Source of the DNA: Alphaproteobacteria bacterium
GTDB taxonomy: Bacteria; Pseudomonadota; Alphaproteobacteria; GCA-2731375
NCBI GenBank assembly: GCA_965225945.1
Contig: CBDDBZ010000034.1
Location: forward strand, 128,001-192,000
Direction: 5' to 3'
DNA: 64,000 bases
A program made the position numbers and the translations under genes. The notes under the pieces were generated by a model that had not been told where the DNA came from, did no database searches, and saw nothing but the letters and a program-made list of their open reading frames with translations. Positions 40,574-49,331 of this stretch are shown here, in pieces. Every line of letters begins with the position of its first letter. Position 1 is the first letter of the stretch.

Positions 40574-41796
40574 CACAGTACACGACTCGTTCATGTTGGC
40601 TTTGGCCTGGGCACCTGGACTGGTGGTTTTCCGGGGACGAGGAAACGAATCAGCTCAATGGCTTGACGCCTGTCGATAGGATTGACGAGCTGTCGCCTTA
40701 TCCACTCGAAACCGTATCGGAAGATGGATTTTGCCATCCTTTTGTGGGTTTTGAGGCGGATCGGCTCGGCCTCGTGGAGCCAATCGCCGACTTTGTGCGC
40801 CCAGCAGAAGGTGATGGAAAGGACGGCGGTGAGCTTGGAGATGCGCTCCGGGTCGGTCATGTGGGTGTCTTCGAGGTTGAAGCCACGGGTTTTCAAGGCG
40901 GCGAAGAGGGTCTCGATTTGCCAGCGCTGGGCGTAGATGGCCAAGGCCTCCTCGGGCGCGTCGTTGGTCACGACGATCAACAGTTCGCCGGTCTTGAGAT
41001 GGAGCGCGGCGACGAAGACGGGCCTGGCCTTGGGTTTTCTGGCCTCCGAGAGGCGCCTGGCGTTGGAGAGGATGCGGCTTTCCCCGGGTTTGAGGTCGCG
41101 AAACAGCTCCCTCGCCTTGACCATGCGACCACGCGTGTTGGCGATCTTGATGTTGGATCGGATGCGGATGTGAAAGGGGATGGCCTTTTCCTGCAACCAT
41201 GCCAGCCAGGCGTCGCCGATGAATTCCCGGTCGGCCAGGAGGCTGGCGATCTTGTCGACCCCGAAGAGCCGGAGGACGTGTTCGAGGATCGCGATCCGCT
41301 CCTTGGTATTGGAATTGCCCGCCTTGTCGAGCACCCGCCAGCACACGGGAATGGCGATGGCGCGGTTGACGATGCCGATCATCAAGATGTTGACGTCGCG
41401 GCGACCCAGCCGCCAGTTGGTCCGGTCCATGGTCAGCCGCCACGGCCCCGCCTGGAGCCCCATCATCGCGACCAGGAACTCGGCGAGGCGATCGTAATCG
41501 AAATCGACTTGCTCGAAAAACCGTTGCAGGCGCCGATAGTTGGAGCTGGATCGCGCGCGCCCCGGAAAGTGGCAGGCCAAGTGAGAGAGGTTCACCGTCC
41601 GGGCGACGAACACGCCGAAGACCAAGACGCAAAGGCTCTCCAGACGGCTCTTGCGAAAGGCGAAGCCGCATCGTAGCGTCTCACGCAGGGCGTTGATCGG
41701 GTTGTCTCGCATGATTTCCCTCTTGACTCGTCGTGGAGTGAATCGGGAATCCTACAACCTTTTCAACGTCCTACGTAAATGCCGTCGTGTACCATG
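40574..41796 (-). mobile_element. IS4-family element copy 2
   Basis: Same TIRs and length as copy 1; own 9-bp TSD CCACCCGCC. Confidence 0.95.
40591..41712 (-). CDS. IS4-family transposase (intact DDE)
   Basis: YAQRWQIETLFAALK. Confidence 0.95.
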   Translation of the reverse strand: MRDNPINALRETLRCGFAFRKSRLESLCVLVFGVFVARTVNLSHLACHFPGRARSSSNYRRLQRFFEQVDFDYDRLAEFLVAMMGLQAGPWRLTMDRTNWRLGRRDVNILMIGIVNRAIAIPVCWRVLDKAGNSNTKERIAILEHVLRLFGVDKIASLLADREFIGDAWLAWLQEKAIPFHIRIRSNIKIANTRGRMVKARELFRDLKPGESRILSNARRLSEARKPKARPVFVAALHLKTGELLIVVTNDAPEEALAIYAQRWQIETLFAALKTRGFNLEDTHMTDPERISKLTAVLSITFCWAHKVGDWLHEAEPIRLKTHKRMAKSIFRYGFEWIRRQLVNPIDRRQAIELIRFLVPGKPPVQVPRPKPT

Positions 41797-41952
41797 CCAC
41801 CCGCCATAAATTGCGACTGGTGTGACGCGACGCTCGAGCCGACCGGGGAATATATCGAATCCCGATTTGGCCGTGCCCTTCATCGGCGCCGGCTTTTGTT
41901 ATGGCCGCGAACGCGCTATCCTCATGGCGATGAAAAGACGTGAAGATAGCCG

Positions 41953-42141
41953 ATGCTGAAGGAACGACAGGCGCGAGAGCACGTCCGCGCGGCCTGGGCC
42001 GATTGGGATGGCAAATCCGGCGCGCCTTCCGACAAGAGCGCCTTCTACGAGTGGCTGACCGAGAACCGACCGCATCTGCTGCACTTCAAGGCGGCGGTCG
42101 ACAAGCGAACGCTCGTCCTCACCTGGCTGACGAGCCGCTAG
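41953..42141 (+). CDS. Small hypothetical protein (62 aa)
   Basis: Trp-rich, protein-like composition and host-like codons. Confidence 0.65.
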   Translation: MLKERQAREHVRAAWADWDGKSGAPSDKSAFYEWLTENRPHLLHFKAAVDKRTLVLTWLTSR

Positions 42142-42204
42142 CCGGCTAATCTCGCATCGTTGCGGCCTCGGCCGACAGCGAGCCGACGATTCGGGAGGTG
42201 CGGC

Positions 42205-43530
42205 ATGGCGCGGCAGCGACGGAAAATTCATTTCGCCCAGTTCCTGGTGCACGGACCGACCTATCACTCCCTGGCCATGTGGCGGCATCCCAAGACCGCC
42301 GAGGCCGGCTACGATTGGACCCGGCCGGAACTCTACCAGCACATCGCCCGGGTTTGCGAGCGCGGCCTCTTCGACATGGTCTTCTTCGCCGATCTCAACT
42401 ACGTCGCCGACACCTATCGCGGCTCGCTGGAGCCCTCGCTTCGCCATGCCACCCAGGTGCCGGAGCACGATCCGATCCCGCTGCTTTCCTACATGGCCGC
42501 CGCCACCAGCCGCATCGGCGTCGCGTCGACCTTCTCCGTCAGCCACCACCATCCCTTCTACGCCGCCCGGCTCTGGGCCAGCCTCGACCATCTGACCGGC
42601 GGGCGGGCCGCCTGGAACGTGGTGACCTCGATCAACAGCAACCAGGCGGCCAATCACGGCGAGGAGAGGGCCCCGACCGACCAGCGTTACGAGCGCGCCT
42701 TCGAATTTCTGGAGGTCTGCCGCAAGCTCTGGGAGAGCTGGGACGAGGACGCCCTGGTGATGGACCGCGAGAAGGCGATATTCGTCGATGCGAGCAAGGT
42801 GCGTCGGATCGAGCACGAAGGGCGGTTCTTCAAGTCGCGCGGACCGTTGAACGTCGTGCGTTCGCCGCACGGCGGCCCCGCCATCCTGCAGGCCGGCACC
42901 TCGCCCAAGGGCCGCGACTTCGCCGCCCGGCACGCCGACGGCATTTTCTCGATCCAGCCTCGGGCGGAGGACGCGGCGGCATATTTCGCCGACATCAAGC
43001 GACGCATGGCGGATTATGGGCGGGCACCGGAGGAATGTCGCATTCTGTTCGGCGCGCAGCCGATCATCGGGACGAGCGAGGAGGAGGCACGGGAGAAGCA
43101 AGCCTTTCACAACGCGTTGGTGCCGCACGAGGGCGCCATGGCGATCCTCTCGGCGCATCTCGACTTCGATCTATCGGCTCTCCCCGAGGACGCCCTGATG
43201 GCGGAGCGGGAGGAACCGGAGCTGCAACGGCTCAGGACCCGCTATCTCAAGCCCAATGGCGCCTCGATGACGGCGCGGGAAGTCGCGATGCGCCATGGCC
43301 AGAGCGTCGGCCTGCCGCAGTTCGTCGGCACGCCCGAGAGCGTCGCCGATCAACTCGAGGCCTTCATGGAGACCGCCGGCGGCGACGGCTTCATGCTCTC
43401 GCCGATCTACTGCCCGGGCGCGATCGAGGAGTTCGTCGACCAAGTGGTGCCGGAGTTGCAACGCCGGGGTCTCTATCGGAGCGAATATCGCGGCCGCACC
43501 CAGCGCGACCACCTGCGCCAGGAGGACTGA
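42205..43530 (+). CDS. NtaA/DmoA-family FMN-dependent monooxygenase
   Basis: ERGLFDMVFFAD, LDHLTGGRAAWNVVTS, QAGTS, VVPELQRRG. Confidence 0.93.
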   Translation: MARQRRKIHFAQFLVHGPTYHSLAMWRHPKTAEAGYDWTRPELYQHIARVCERGLFDMVFFADLNYVADTYRGSLEPSLRHATQVPEHDPIPLLSYMAAATSRIGVASTFSVSHHHPFYAARLWASLDHLTGGRAAWNVVTSINSNQAANHGEERAPTDQRYERAFEFLEVCRKLWESWDEDALVMDREKAIFVDASKVRRIEHEGRFFKSRGPLNVVRSPHGGPAILQAGTSPKGRDFAARHADGIFSIQPRAEDAAAYFADIKRRMADYGRAPEECRILFGAQPIIGTSEEEAREKQAFHNALVPHEGAMAILSAHLDFDLSALPEDALMAEREEPELQRLRTRYLKPNGASMTAREVAMRHGQSVGLPQFVGTPESVADQLEAFMETAGGDGFMLSPIYCPGAIEEFVDQVVPELQRRGLYRSEYRGRTQRDHLRQED

Positions 43531-43558
43531 TCGCGATCGACACCGACCTCGACCGCGC

Positions 43559-44452
43559 TCAGTGCACGATATCGGTGCCCAGCAGCTCCGTCCGCTGCAT
43601 CACCCGGCGGTGGCGCCGCGCGTCGTAATCCGTCACCCGGTGCATGGTCGCCCGGTTGTCCCACATCACGACGTCGCCCTTCTCCCACTTGTGGCGGTAG
43701 ACGAAGTCGTCCCGGATGGCATGCTCCATCAGCTGCCCGTGGTACGCCCGACCTTCCTCCAGCGCCATGCCACCGACGTAGTAGGCGACGTTCTCGGTGA
43801 CGTAGAGGGACTTGCGGCCGTCCGGGTGGGTCCGAACCAGGGGGTGGGTCACCGGCGGCAGATCGCGTTTCTGTTTCTCCGTCGTCGGCGTCAGTCCGGG
43901 GCAGAGCACGCGGGTGAACTCGTGATTGTGCACCATGTGGCGGCCGTCGATCGTCCGCTTCATATCGTCGGGCAGGGCCTCGTAGGCGGCGAACATGTTG
44001 GCGAACCAGGTCTCGCCGCCCTCGGGCGGGACCTCGCGGCCGTGCAGGATGGAGCCCAGGCTCGGCATCGCCTTGTAGGAGCCGTCGGTATGCCAGAGCG
44101 CCGTCAGGGTCGCGAAATAGCGCCTGAGTTCGTGATCGACCTCCAGAATGTTGCCGTCCTCGTCGACGTTGGCGATACGCAGGATCTCCGGCACCTTGGT
44201 CGAAATCTTCTCGGCATCCTGATGGATCGCCAGCTCGCCGAAGTTGCGACTGAAGGCGACCTGCTCCGCCTCGCTCAAGTCCTGCTCGGGAAACACCAGG
44301 ACCAGGTTCTCGGCCCAGACGGCCTTCAGCGCCTCGACCGTCGCGGTATCGAGGGGCTGGCGAAGATCGAGGCCTCGGACTTCGGCGCCGATTGCGGGAT
44401 GGCGCTTGGCGATGGTGAAGGGCGCGGACGATTCGAGGGACGCGACGACCAT
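43559..44452 (-). CDS. TauD/TfdA-family Fe(II)/2-oxoglutarate dioxygenase
   Basis: WHTDGSY, HPLVRTHP, WDNRATMHR. Confidence 0.94.
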   Translation of the reverse strand: MVVASLESSAPFTIAKRHPAIGAEVRGLDLRQPLDTATVEALKAVWAENLVLVFPEQDLSEAEQVAFSRNFGELAIHQDAEKISTKVPEILRIANVDEDGNILEVDHELRRYFATLTALWHTDGSYKAMPSLGSILHGREVPPEGGETWFANMFAAYEALPDDMKRTIDGRHMVHNHEFTRVLCPGLTPTTEKQKRDLPPVTHPLVRTHPDGRKSLYVTENVAYYVGGMALEEGRAYHGQLMEHAIRDDFVYRHKWEKGDVVMWDNRATMHRVTDYDARRHRRVMQRTELLGTDIVH

Positions 44453-44565
44453 GAGGGATCCTCCCGTTGCGGAGCCTGCCGGGCCGATTGGAAGAGGGAT
44501 GGTCGCACGCCCGCCCCCATGCCTCAAGCGGTGTCTCGAGCGGCGCGCTGTAGCCAGCGGAGGCG

Positions 44566-44666
44566 AAAAAGCGGTCATTCTACTTTTTCGCCTCCGCTGG
44601 CGCTGGCGACACGAACCACGACGAGGCGCGCCGCGGCGACCGATAAAGTAGAATGACCCCTTTTCC
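44566..44666. repeat. Palindromic REP-like element copy 3 (empty, long spacer)
   Basis: AAAAAGCGGTCATTCTACTTT...AAAGTAGAATGACCCCTTTTCC. Confidence 0.88.
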
Positions 44667-44745
44667 CTCGGATCGTGCTACGCGACCCGGTCACGCAACG
44701 ATCCGCGGAGGGGACGCCATGACCACCGGCGACATCCTGCTGCGA

Positions 44746-44845
44746 GAAAGGGGTCATTCTACTTTTCCGCCTCCGCTAGCGCTGGCGACACGAACCACGA
44801 CGAGGCCCGCCGCAGCGATCGATAAAGTAGAATGACCCCTTTTCC
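44746..44845. repeat. Palindromic REP-like element copy 4 (empty, long spacer)
   Basis: GAAAGGGGTCATTCTACTTT...AAAGTAGAATGACCCCTTTTCC; spacer nearly identical to copy 3. Confidence 0.9.
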
Positions 44846-44857
44846 TTCTGGGGCCTT

Positions 44858-44963
44858 CTAATATCACGGGCGAAGTCGGGGGAAGAACAGACGTGGTCGG
44901 ACCGAACACGAACGGGGCCCCGTCCTTGGGCCAGGCCGTGTCCTCGGCACGGCCAGGCGGCCG
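44858..44963. repeat. Dispersed ~100-bp noncoding repeat, copy B
   Basis: 27-bp core at 44879-44905 identical to 35234-35260. Confidence 0.8.
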
Positions 44964-45022
44964 AGGCGGTCGCCGCCGGCATCCGACCTTGCTGAACGGG
45001 CGCTTCCCGGGGCGCGAATAAT

Positions 45023-45862
45023 CTAGGAATCAGGAAAGCCCGCCAGGCAGCGGACGGTGGCGGGGCTCTCGCCCGCCTCGCGCAGGTGGCGGAGGGTGCG
45101 GGAGGCATGCCGCTTGGCCAAGCGCCGCCCGTCCTCGTCGACGATCAGGCCGTGATGGTGATATTCGGGCAGGTCCAGATCCAACAGCGCCTGCAGCAGC
45201 CGGTGGACGTCCGTCGCGTCCAAGAGATCCTCGCCCCGGGTCACCAAATCGACGCCCTGCAGGTGATCGTCGACCACGACGGCCAGATGGTAGCTCGTGG
45301 GGCTGTCCTTGCGGGCGAGGACGACGTCGCCCAGCCGCTCCGGCCGCGCCTCCCGGCGGCCTCGGCCCCGATCGTGCCAGGCGAGCGGCCCGCCCGCCCT
45401 CGCCCTTGCCCGCGCCATATCGAGGCGGAGCGCGAAGCTCCGTCCCTCGGCCAAGCGCCGGGCCCGCGCCTGCCGGGAGAGCCCCAGGCAGGTTCCGGGA
45501 TAGAGTGGCCCCTCCGGCCCGTGCGGTGCCGTGGGGCTTCGGGCGATCTCCTCGCGGATCTCGCGCCGGGTGCAGAAGCAGGGGTAGATCAGCCCCGCCG
45601 CCTCCAGCCGGTCGAGTGCGGCACGGTAGTCGCCGATATGCTCCGATTGGCGGCGCACCGGGGTAACCCAATCGAGCCCGAGCCAGGCGAGATCCCCCAC
45701 AATCGCCGCCTCGAACTCAGGCCTGGCGCGGCCCTCGTCGATGTCCTCGATCCTGAGCAGGAAGCGCCCGCCCTCGGCCGCCCGCGCGGCAAAGAGCGCC
45801 GCGTGGGCATGGCCCAGATGCAGCAGGCCGTTCGGACTTGGCGCGAAGCGGGTGACGATCAT
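45023..45862 (-). CDS. gluQ: Glutamyl-Q tRNA(Asp) synthetase
   Basis: RFAPSP, HLGH, LRIEDID, YPCFCTR, RLAKR; 279 aa with no anticodon domain. Confidence 0.92.
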   Translation of the reverse strand: MIVTRFAPSPNGLLHLGHAHAALFAARAAEGGRFLLRIEDIDEGRARPEFEAAIVGDLAWLGLDWVTPVRRQSEHIGDYRAALDRLEAAGLIYPCFCTRREIREEIARSPTAPHGPEGPLYPGTCLGLSRQARARRLAEGRSFALRLDMARARARAGGPLAWHDRGRGRREARPERLGDVVLARKDSPTSYHLAVVVDDHLQGVDLVTRGEDLLDATDVHRLLQALLDLDLPEYHHHGLIVDEDGRRLAKRHASRTLRHLREAGESPATVRCLAGFPDS

Positions 45863-45917
45863 AGCATCCGTCGTGCTTTCATGGCAGCGAAATGTCGATC
45901 ACGAGGAGGCGCGAGGC

Positions 45918-46817
45918 ATGACGGAACCCTACCAGATCCTGGTGGCGGGAAGCGGGGTGATGGGCCGGGGCATCGCGCTTTCCTTCGCCCGGACGGGACA
46001 TCGAACGGCGGTGTTGAGCCGGGATCCGGCCGGCGTGGCCGAGATCGGCGAGGGCGTCGAGGTGGTGGGCGAGCCGCCGGCGGAGGCGCCGGAGTTGATC
46101 ATCGAATCGCTGCCCGAGGTGGAGGCGCTGAAGCGGGAGTTCTATTCTCGCCTCGAGGCGGCTTACGGCGGCGCGGCGATCCTCGCCTCCAACACGTCCG
46201 GCCTCTCGCTGCCGGAGCTGGCGCGCGATTTGCGCCACCCGGAAAAATTCCTCGCCATCCACTACTTCCAGCCGGCCGACTGGGCGCCGATGGTGGAGGT
46301 GGCGCGGATCGAGGCGACGGCGCCGGCAGTGCTCGCGCGGGCCGACGCGCTGGTCCGGGCCAGCGGCAAGATGACCGTGGTGCTGCAGAATCCGGTGCCG
46401 GGCCTGTTGATCAACCGCCTGCAGCACGCCCTGCTGCACGAGGCCTATCATCTGATCTCGGCGGGCATCTGCAGCGCCGCCGATGTCGACCGCGCGGCGC
46501 GTCACCTGTTGGGCCCCCGGATGTCGGTCACCGGCCTGATCGAGCAGAAGGATCTCTCCGGCCTCGATACCCACGCGCTGGCCCAGGCGGCGATCGTGCC
46601 GCATCTCCACTTGCGCGCCGAGCCCAACGAGGTGGTGCAGGCGAAGCACCGCGAGGGCCGCCTCGGCATCAAGACCGGCACCGGCTTCTACGACTGGCGG
46701 GCGATGGACGTGCCGGCCTATCAGAAGGCGAGCGCGGCGCTGCTCGCACGAGTACTGGACGCGTTGGAGGGTCGGCGCCCATCGCCGCCACCGCTCAGTT
46801 CCGATGACGACGGCTGA
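45918..46817 (+). CDS. 3-hydroxyacyl-CoA dehydrogenase family protein
   Basis: GSGVMGRG, ASNTS, HYFQP, GIKTGTGFYDW. Confidence 0.92.
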   Translation: MTEPYQILVAGSGVMGRGIALSFARTGHRTAVLSRDPAGVAEIGEGVEVVGEPPAEAPELIIESLPEVEALKREFYSRLEAAYGGAAILASNTSGLSLPELARDLRHPEKFLAIHYFQPADWAPMVEVARIEATAPAVLARADALVRASGKMTVVLQNPVPGLLINRLQHALLHEAYHLISAGICSAADVDRAARHLLGPRMSVTGLIEQKDLSGLDTHALAQAAIVPHLHLRAEPNEVVQAKHREGRLGIKTGTGFYDWRAMDVPAYQKASAALLARVLDALEGRRPSPPPLSSDDDG

Positions 46818-47472
46818 GGGGGAGGCCGGACGCCGGGCCGAGGCGCGCGCTCGCCGCCGTCTCTTGGCCGGCGTCCGCGCGCTCGGCGAGATCGACCCCG
46901 ACTTGGGCGCGATCCGCGAAGCCCATGGCGTGCCGCCGACCCGCCTGCGCCCGCCGGGCTTTTCGACGCTGTTGGGAATCATCACCCAGCAGCAGCTCTC
47001 GCTGGCCTCGGGTCGGGCGATCTGGGGCCGGCTGGAAGCGGGGCTCGGCCGGGTGACCGCAGACGTGGTCCTGGCCCGCGATATCGAGAATTTGCGGAGT
47101 TACGGGCTCAGCGGGGCGAAGGCGCGTTATGCCCGGGCCTTGGCCGAGGCGGTGGCGAGCGGCGGGCTCGATTTCGATGCCCTGGCGGCGCTGGACGACG
47201 AGGCGGCGATTCGCGCGTTAACGCGCGTGAAGGGCATCGGCCGCTGGACGGCGGAGATCTATCTCTTGGCGGTGTTGCAGCGCGCCGATGTCTTTCCGGC
47301 GGCGGACGTCGCCTTGATGGCGGCGGCGCAGCAGGTGAAGCGGCTGCCGGTCCGCCCCGACGCGCGAGAATTGGCCCGGCTGGCCGAGGCCTGGCGTCCC
47401 TGGCGCGCCATCGCGGCCCGCCTCCTCTGGCACCACTACCGCCACGCCCAGGGAAGAGAGGCGGGGATGTGA
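46804..47472 (+). CDS. DNA-3-methyladenine glycosylase II family (HhH-GPD)
   Basis: QQLS, KGIGRWTAE, FPAAD, WRPWR. Confidence 0.92.
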   Translation: MTTAEGEAGRRAEARARRRLLAGVRALGEIDPDLGAIREAHGVPPTRLRPPGFSTLLGIITQQQLSLASGRAIWGRLEAGLGRVTADVVLARDIENLRSYGLSGAKARYARALAEAVASGGLDFDALAALDDEAAIRALTRVKGIGRWTAEIYLLAVLQRADVFPAADVALMAAAQQVKRLPVRPDARELARLAEAWRPWRAIAARLLWHHYRHAQGREAGM

Positions 47473-47725
47473 TGGCGATGTTCGCCTTTCCACGGGCAAA
47501 GCACGATCCGCGATCTCGCCGGGCCCGAGACCGGTTCGGCGGGGCGCGCGGGCCGGCCGGCGGGGCGAAATTTCTGCACGAAAGGCGTTGCGATACCGAC
47601 CCGGCCCGTGAAATGGTGGAACACGGCGCAAGGCCGTGATTCGATCGGGCCGGCCGGCGGCGCCGAGGACGGTATTGTCCCCGGCGCCGCCGGTCGCCGA
47701 TCATCCTCGAACCCCGAAGGAACGA

Positions 47726-47935
47726 ATGGCACGCAAACCCAACTACAGATTCGAACGCCAAGAGCGCGAACGACGCAAGGCCGCCAAGAAGGCGGCGAAA
47801 GCCCAGGCGAAGGCCGATAAAGCGGGTGAGGCTGGGCTGGAGGCGGAGGCCGCCGGGCCGGAGGACGAGGTTGCCGCCACCGACGAGGTTGCCGCCACCG
47901 AGGCGCCGGAGCATCCGACGACCGACGGCGCGTGA
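47726..47935 (+). CDS. Small basic/acidic hypothetical protein (69 aa)
   Basis: MARKPNYRFERQERERRKAAKK; RBS AAGGAA; contains an 18-bp duplication (DEVAAT x2). Confidence 0.72.
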   Translation: MARKPNYRFERQERERRKAAKKAAKAQAKADKAGEAGLEAEAAGPEDEVAATDEVAATEAPEHPTTDGA

Positions 47936-47947
47936 GCGGACGATGCC

Positions 47948-49120
47948 CTAGCCCCGGGGCGGCACCGGCGTGGTCTCCACCAGGTGCCGGCCGATGATGT
48001 TGCGCTGGATCTGGTTGGTGCCCTCGATGATCTGCAACACCTTGGCGTCGCGGAAATAGCGTTCGACGGGATTATCGCGGCTCACTCCCTGGCTGCCCCA
48101 GAGCTGCACCGCGTCGGTCGCCACGCGCATGGCGACGTCGGTGGCGAAGCATTTGGCCATCGCCGCGTGCGGCGCCAGTTCCCGGCCACCGACGCCGCGA
48201 TCCACCATCGCCGCCGTGGCGTACACCATCTGGCGGGCCGCCGCCACGCCCATTCCCATGTCCGCCAACATCCAGCGCACGCCCTGGAAGTCGGCGATCG
48301 GGCGGCCGAAGGCCTCGCGCTCGCGGACGTAATCGACGGCGAGATCGAGCGCGCCTTGCGCCAGGCCGACGCCGCGCGCGCCCATGATCGGGCGGGCCTT
48401 GTTGAAGGCCTCCATGATGGTGCGGAAGCCGGCGCCTTCCTCGCCGAGGCGATTCTCGAGGGGCACGAAGGCGCCGTCGAAACGCAACTCGCAGCTCGGC
48501 ACGCCCCGGGCGCCGAGCTTGTCTTCCTCCCGGCCGATCTCGAAGCCGGGCGTCTCGCGGTCGAGCAGAAAGGCGGTGATGCCGCCATGGCGCGCGCTTC
48601 GGTCGGTCTTGGCGGCGACGATGAAGACGTCGGCGACGGTGGCGTTGGTGCAGAAGATCTTGGCGCCGGTGAGCCGATAGCCACCCTCGACCGCGTCGGC
48701 CCGGGTGGTGATGCCGGCGACATCGGAACCGGCGCCCGGCTCGGTCACCGAGATCGAGGCACGGAGTTCGCCCGAGACCAGCCCCGGCAGCAGCCGCGCC
48801 TTCTGGCCCGCGTCGCCGCCGTGCAGGATGGCGCCCAAGGTCGACCACTGCACCACCAGCAGATAGGCGGTGTTGTAGCAGACCCGGTTCAGCTCCTCGA
48901 TGGCGAGGCAGGCGGCGAGAATGCTGTCGGTGCCGCCGTGCTCTTCCGGGAAGGGCAGCGCGAAGAGCCCTTGTTCGCGCTGCAGGTCGAACATGTCCTG
49001 GGGATAGGCCGCGTCCCTATCGATCGCCGCCGCCCGGGGCGCCACCTTGTCGCGGGCCAGCGCCCGAATGGTATCGCGCAGCAGCACCTGCTCCGCCGTC
49101 AGCTCGAATTGGCCGTCCAC
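47948..49120 (-). CDS. Acyl-CoA dehydrogenase
   Basis: TEPGAGSD, GAKIFCTN, YFRDAKVLQIIEGTNQIQR; GTG start inferred. Confidence 0.94.
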   Translation of the reverse strand: MDGQFELTAEQVLLRDTIRALARDKVAPRAAAIDRDAAYPQDMFDLQREQGLFALPFPEEHGGTDSILAACLAIEELNRVCYNTAYLLVVQWSTLGAILHGGDAGQKARLLPGLVSGELRASISVTEPGAGSDVAGITTRADAVEGGYRLTGAKIFCTNATVADVFIVAAKTDRSARHGGITAFLLDRETPGFEIGREEDKLGARGVPSCELRFDGAFVPLENRLGEEGAGFRTIMEAFNKARPIMGARGVGLAQGALDLAVDYVREREAFGRPIADFQGVRWMLADMGMGVAAARQMVYATAAMVDRGVGGRELAPHAAMAKCFATDVAMRVATDAVQLWGSQGVSRDNPVERYFRDAKVLQIIEGTNQIQRNIIGRHLVETTPVPPRG

Positions 49121-49331
49121 GAAGTTCCTCCCCGCGCCTTGGATCGACGGCGCGGAGTGTGACCCGAGCCGACGGCGCGGGGCAAGCAGGGCCCCCGCCA
49201 TACCAGCCGCCCCAACGGGCGATTCCCAACGATGCGTTTAGCTGCTTTCCGGACGCGGGCGGGGCGGTCAAGACTTCCGTCGGTTGGTATGAATAGATGA
49301 CGTTTGGAGGCGCGGCGGGCCCGGGCGTTCA

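Noticed and set aside
27162-41796. Composite transposon bounded by inverted IS4 copies
   Set aside because: Each copy has its own 9-bp TSD (GGGATTTTG, CCACCCGCC), so they are independent insertions.
44566-44845. CRISPR or simple Rho-independent terminators
   Set aside because: Arms are inverted pairs with near-identical spacers, loops are too long, and they are upstream of tauD.
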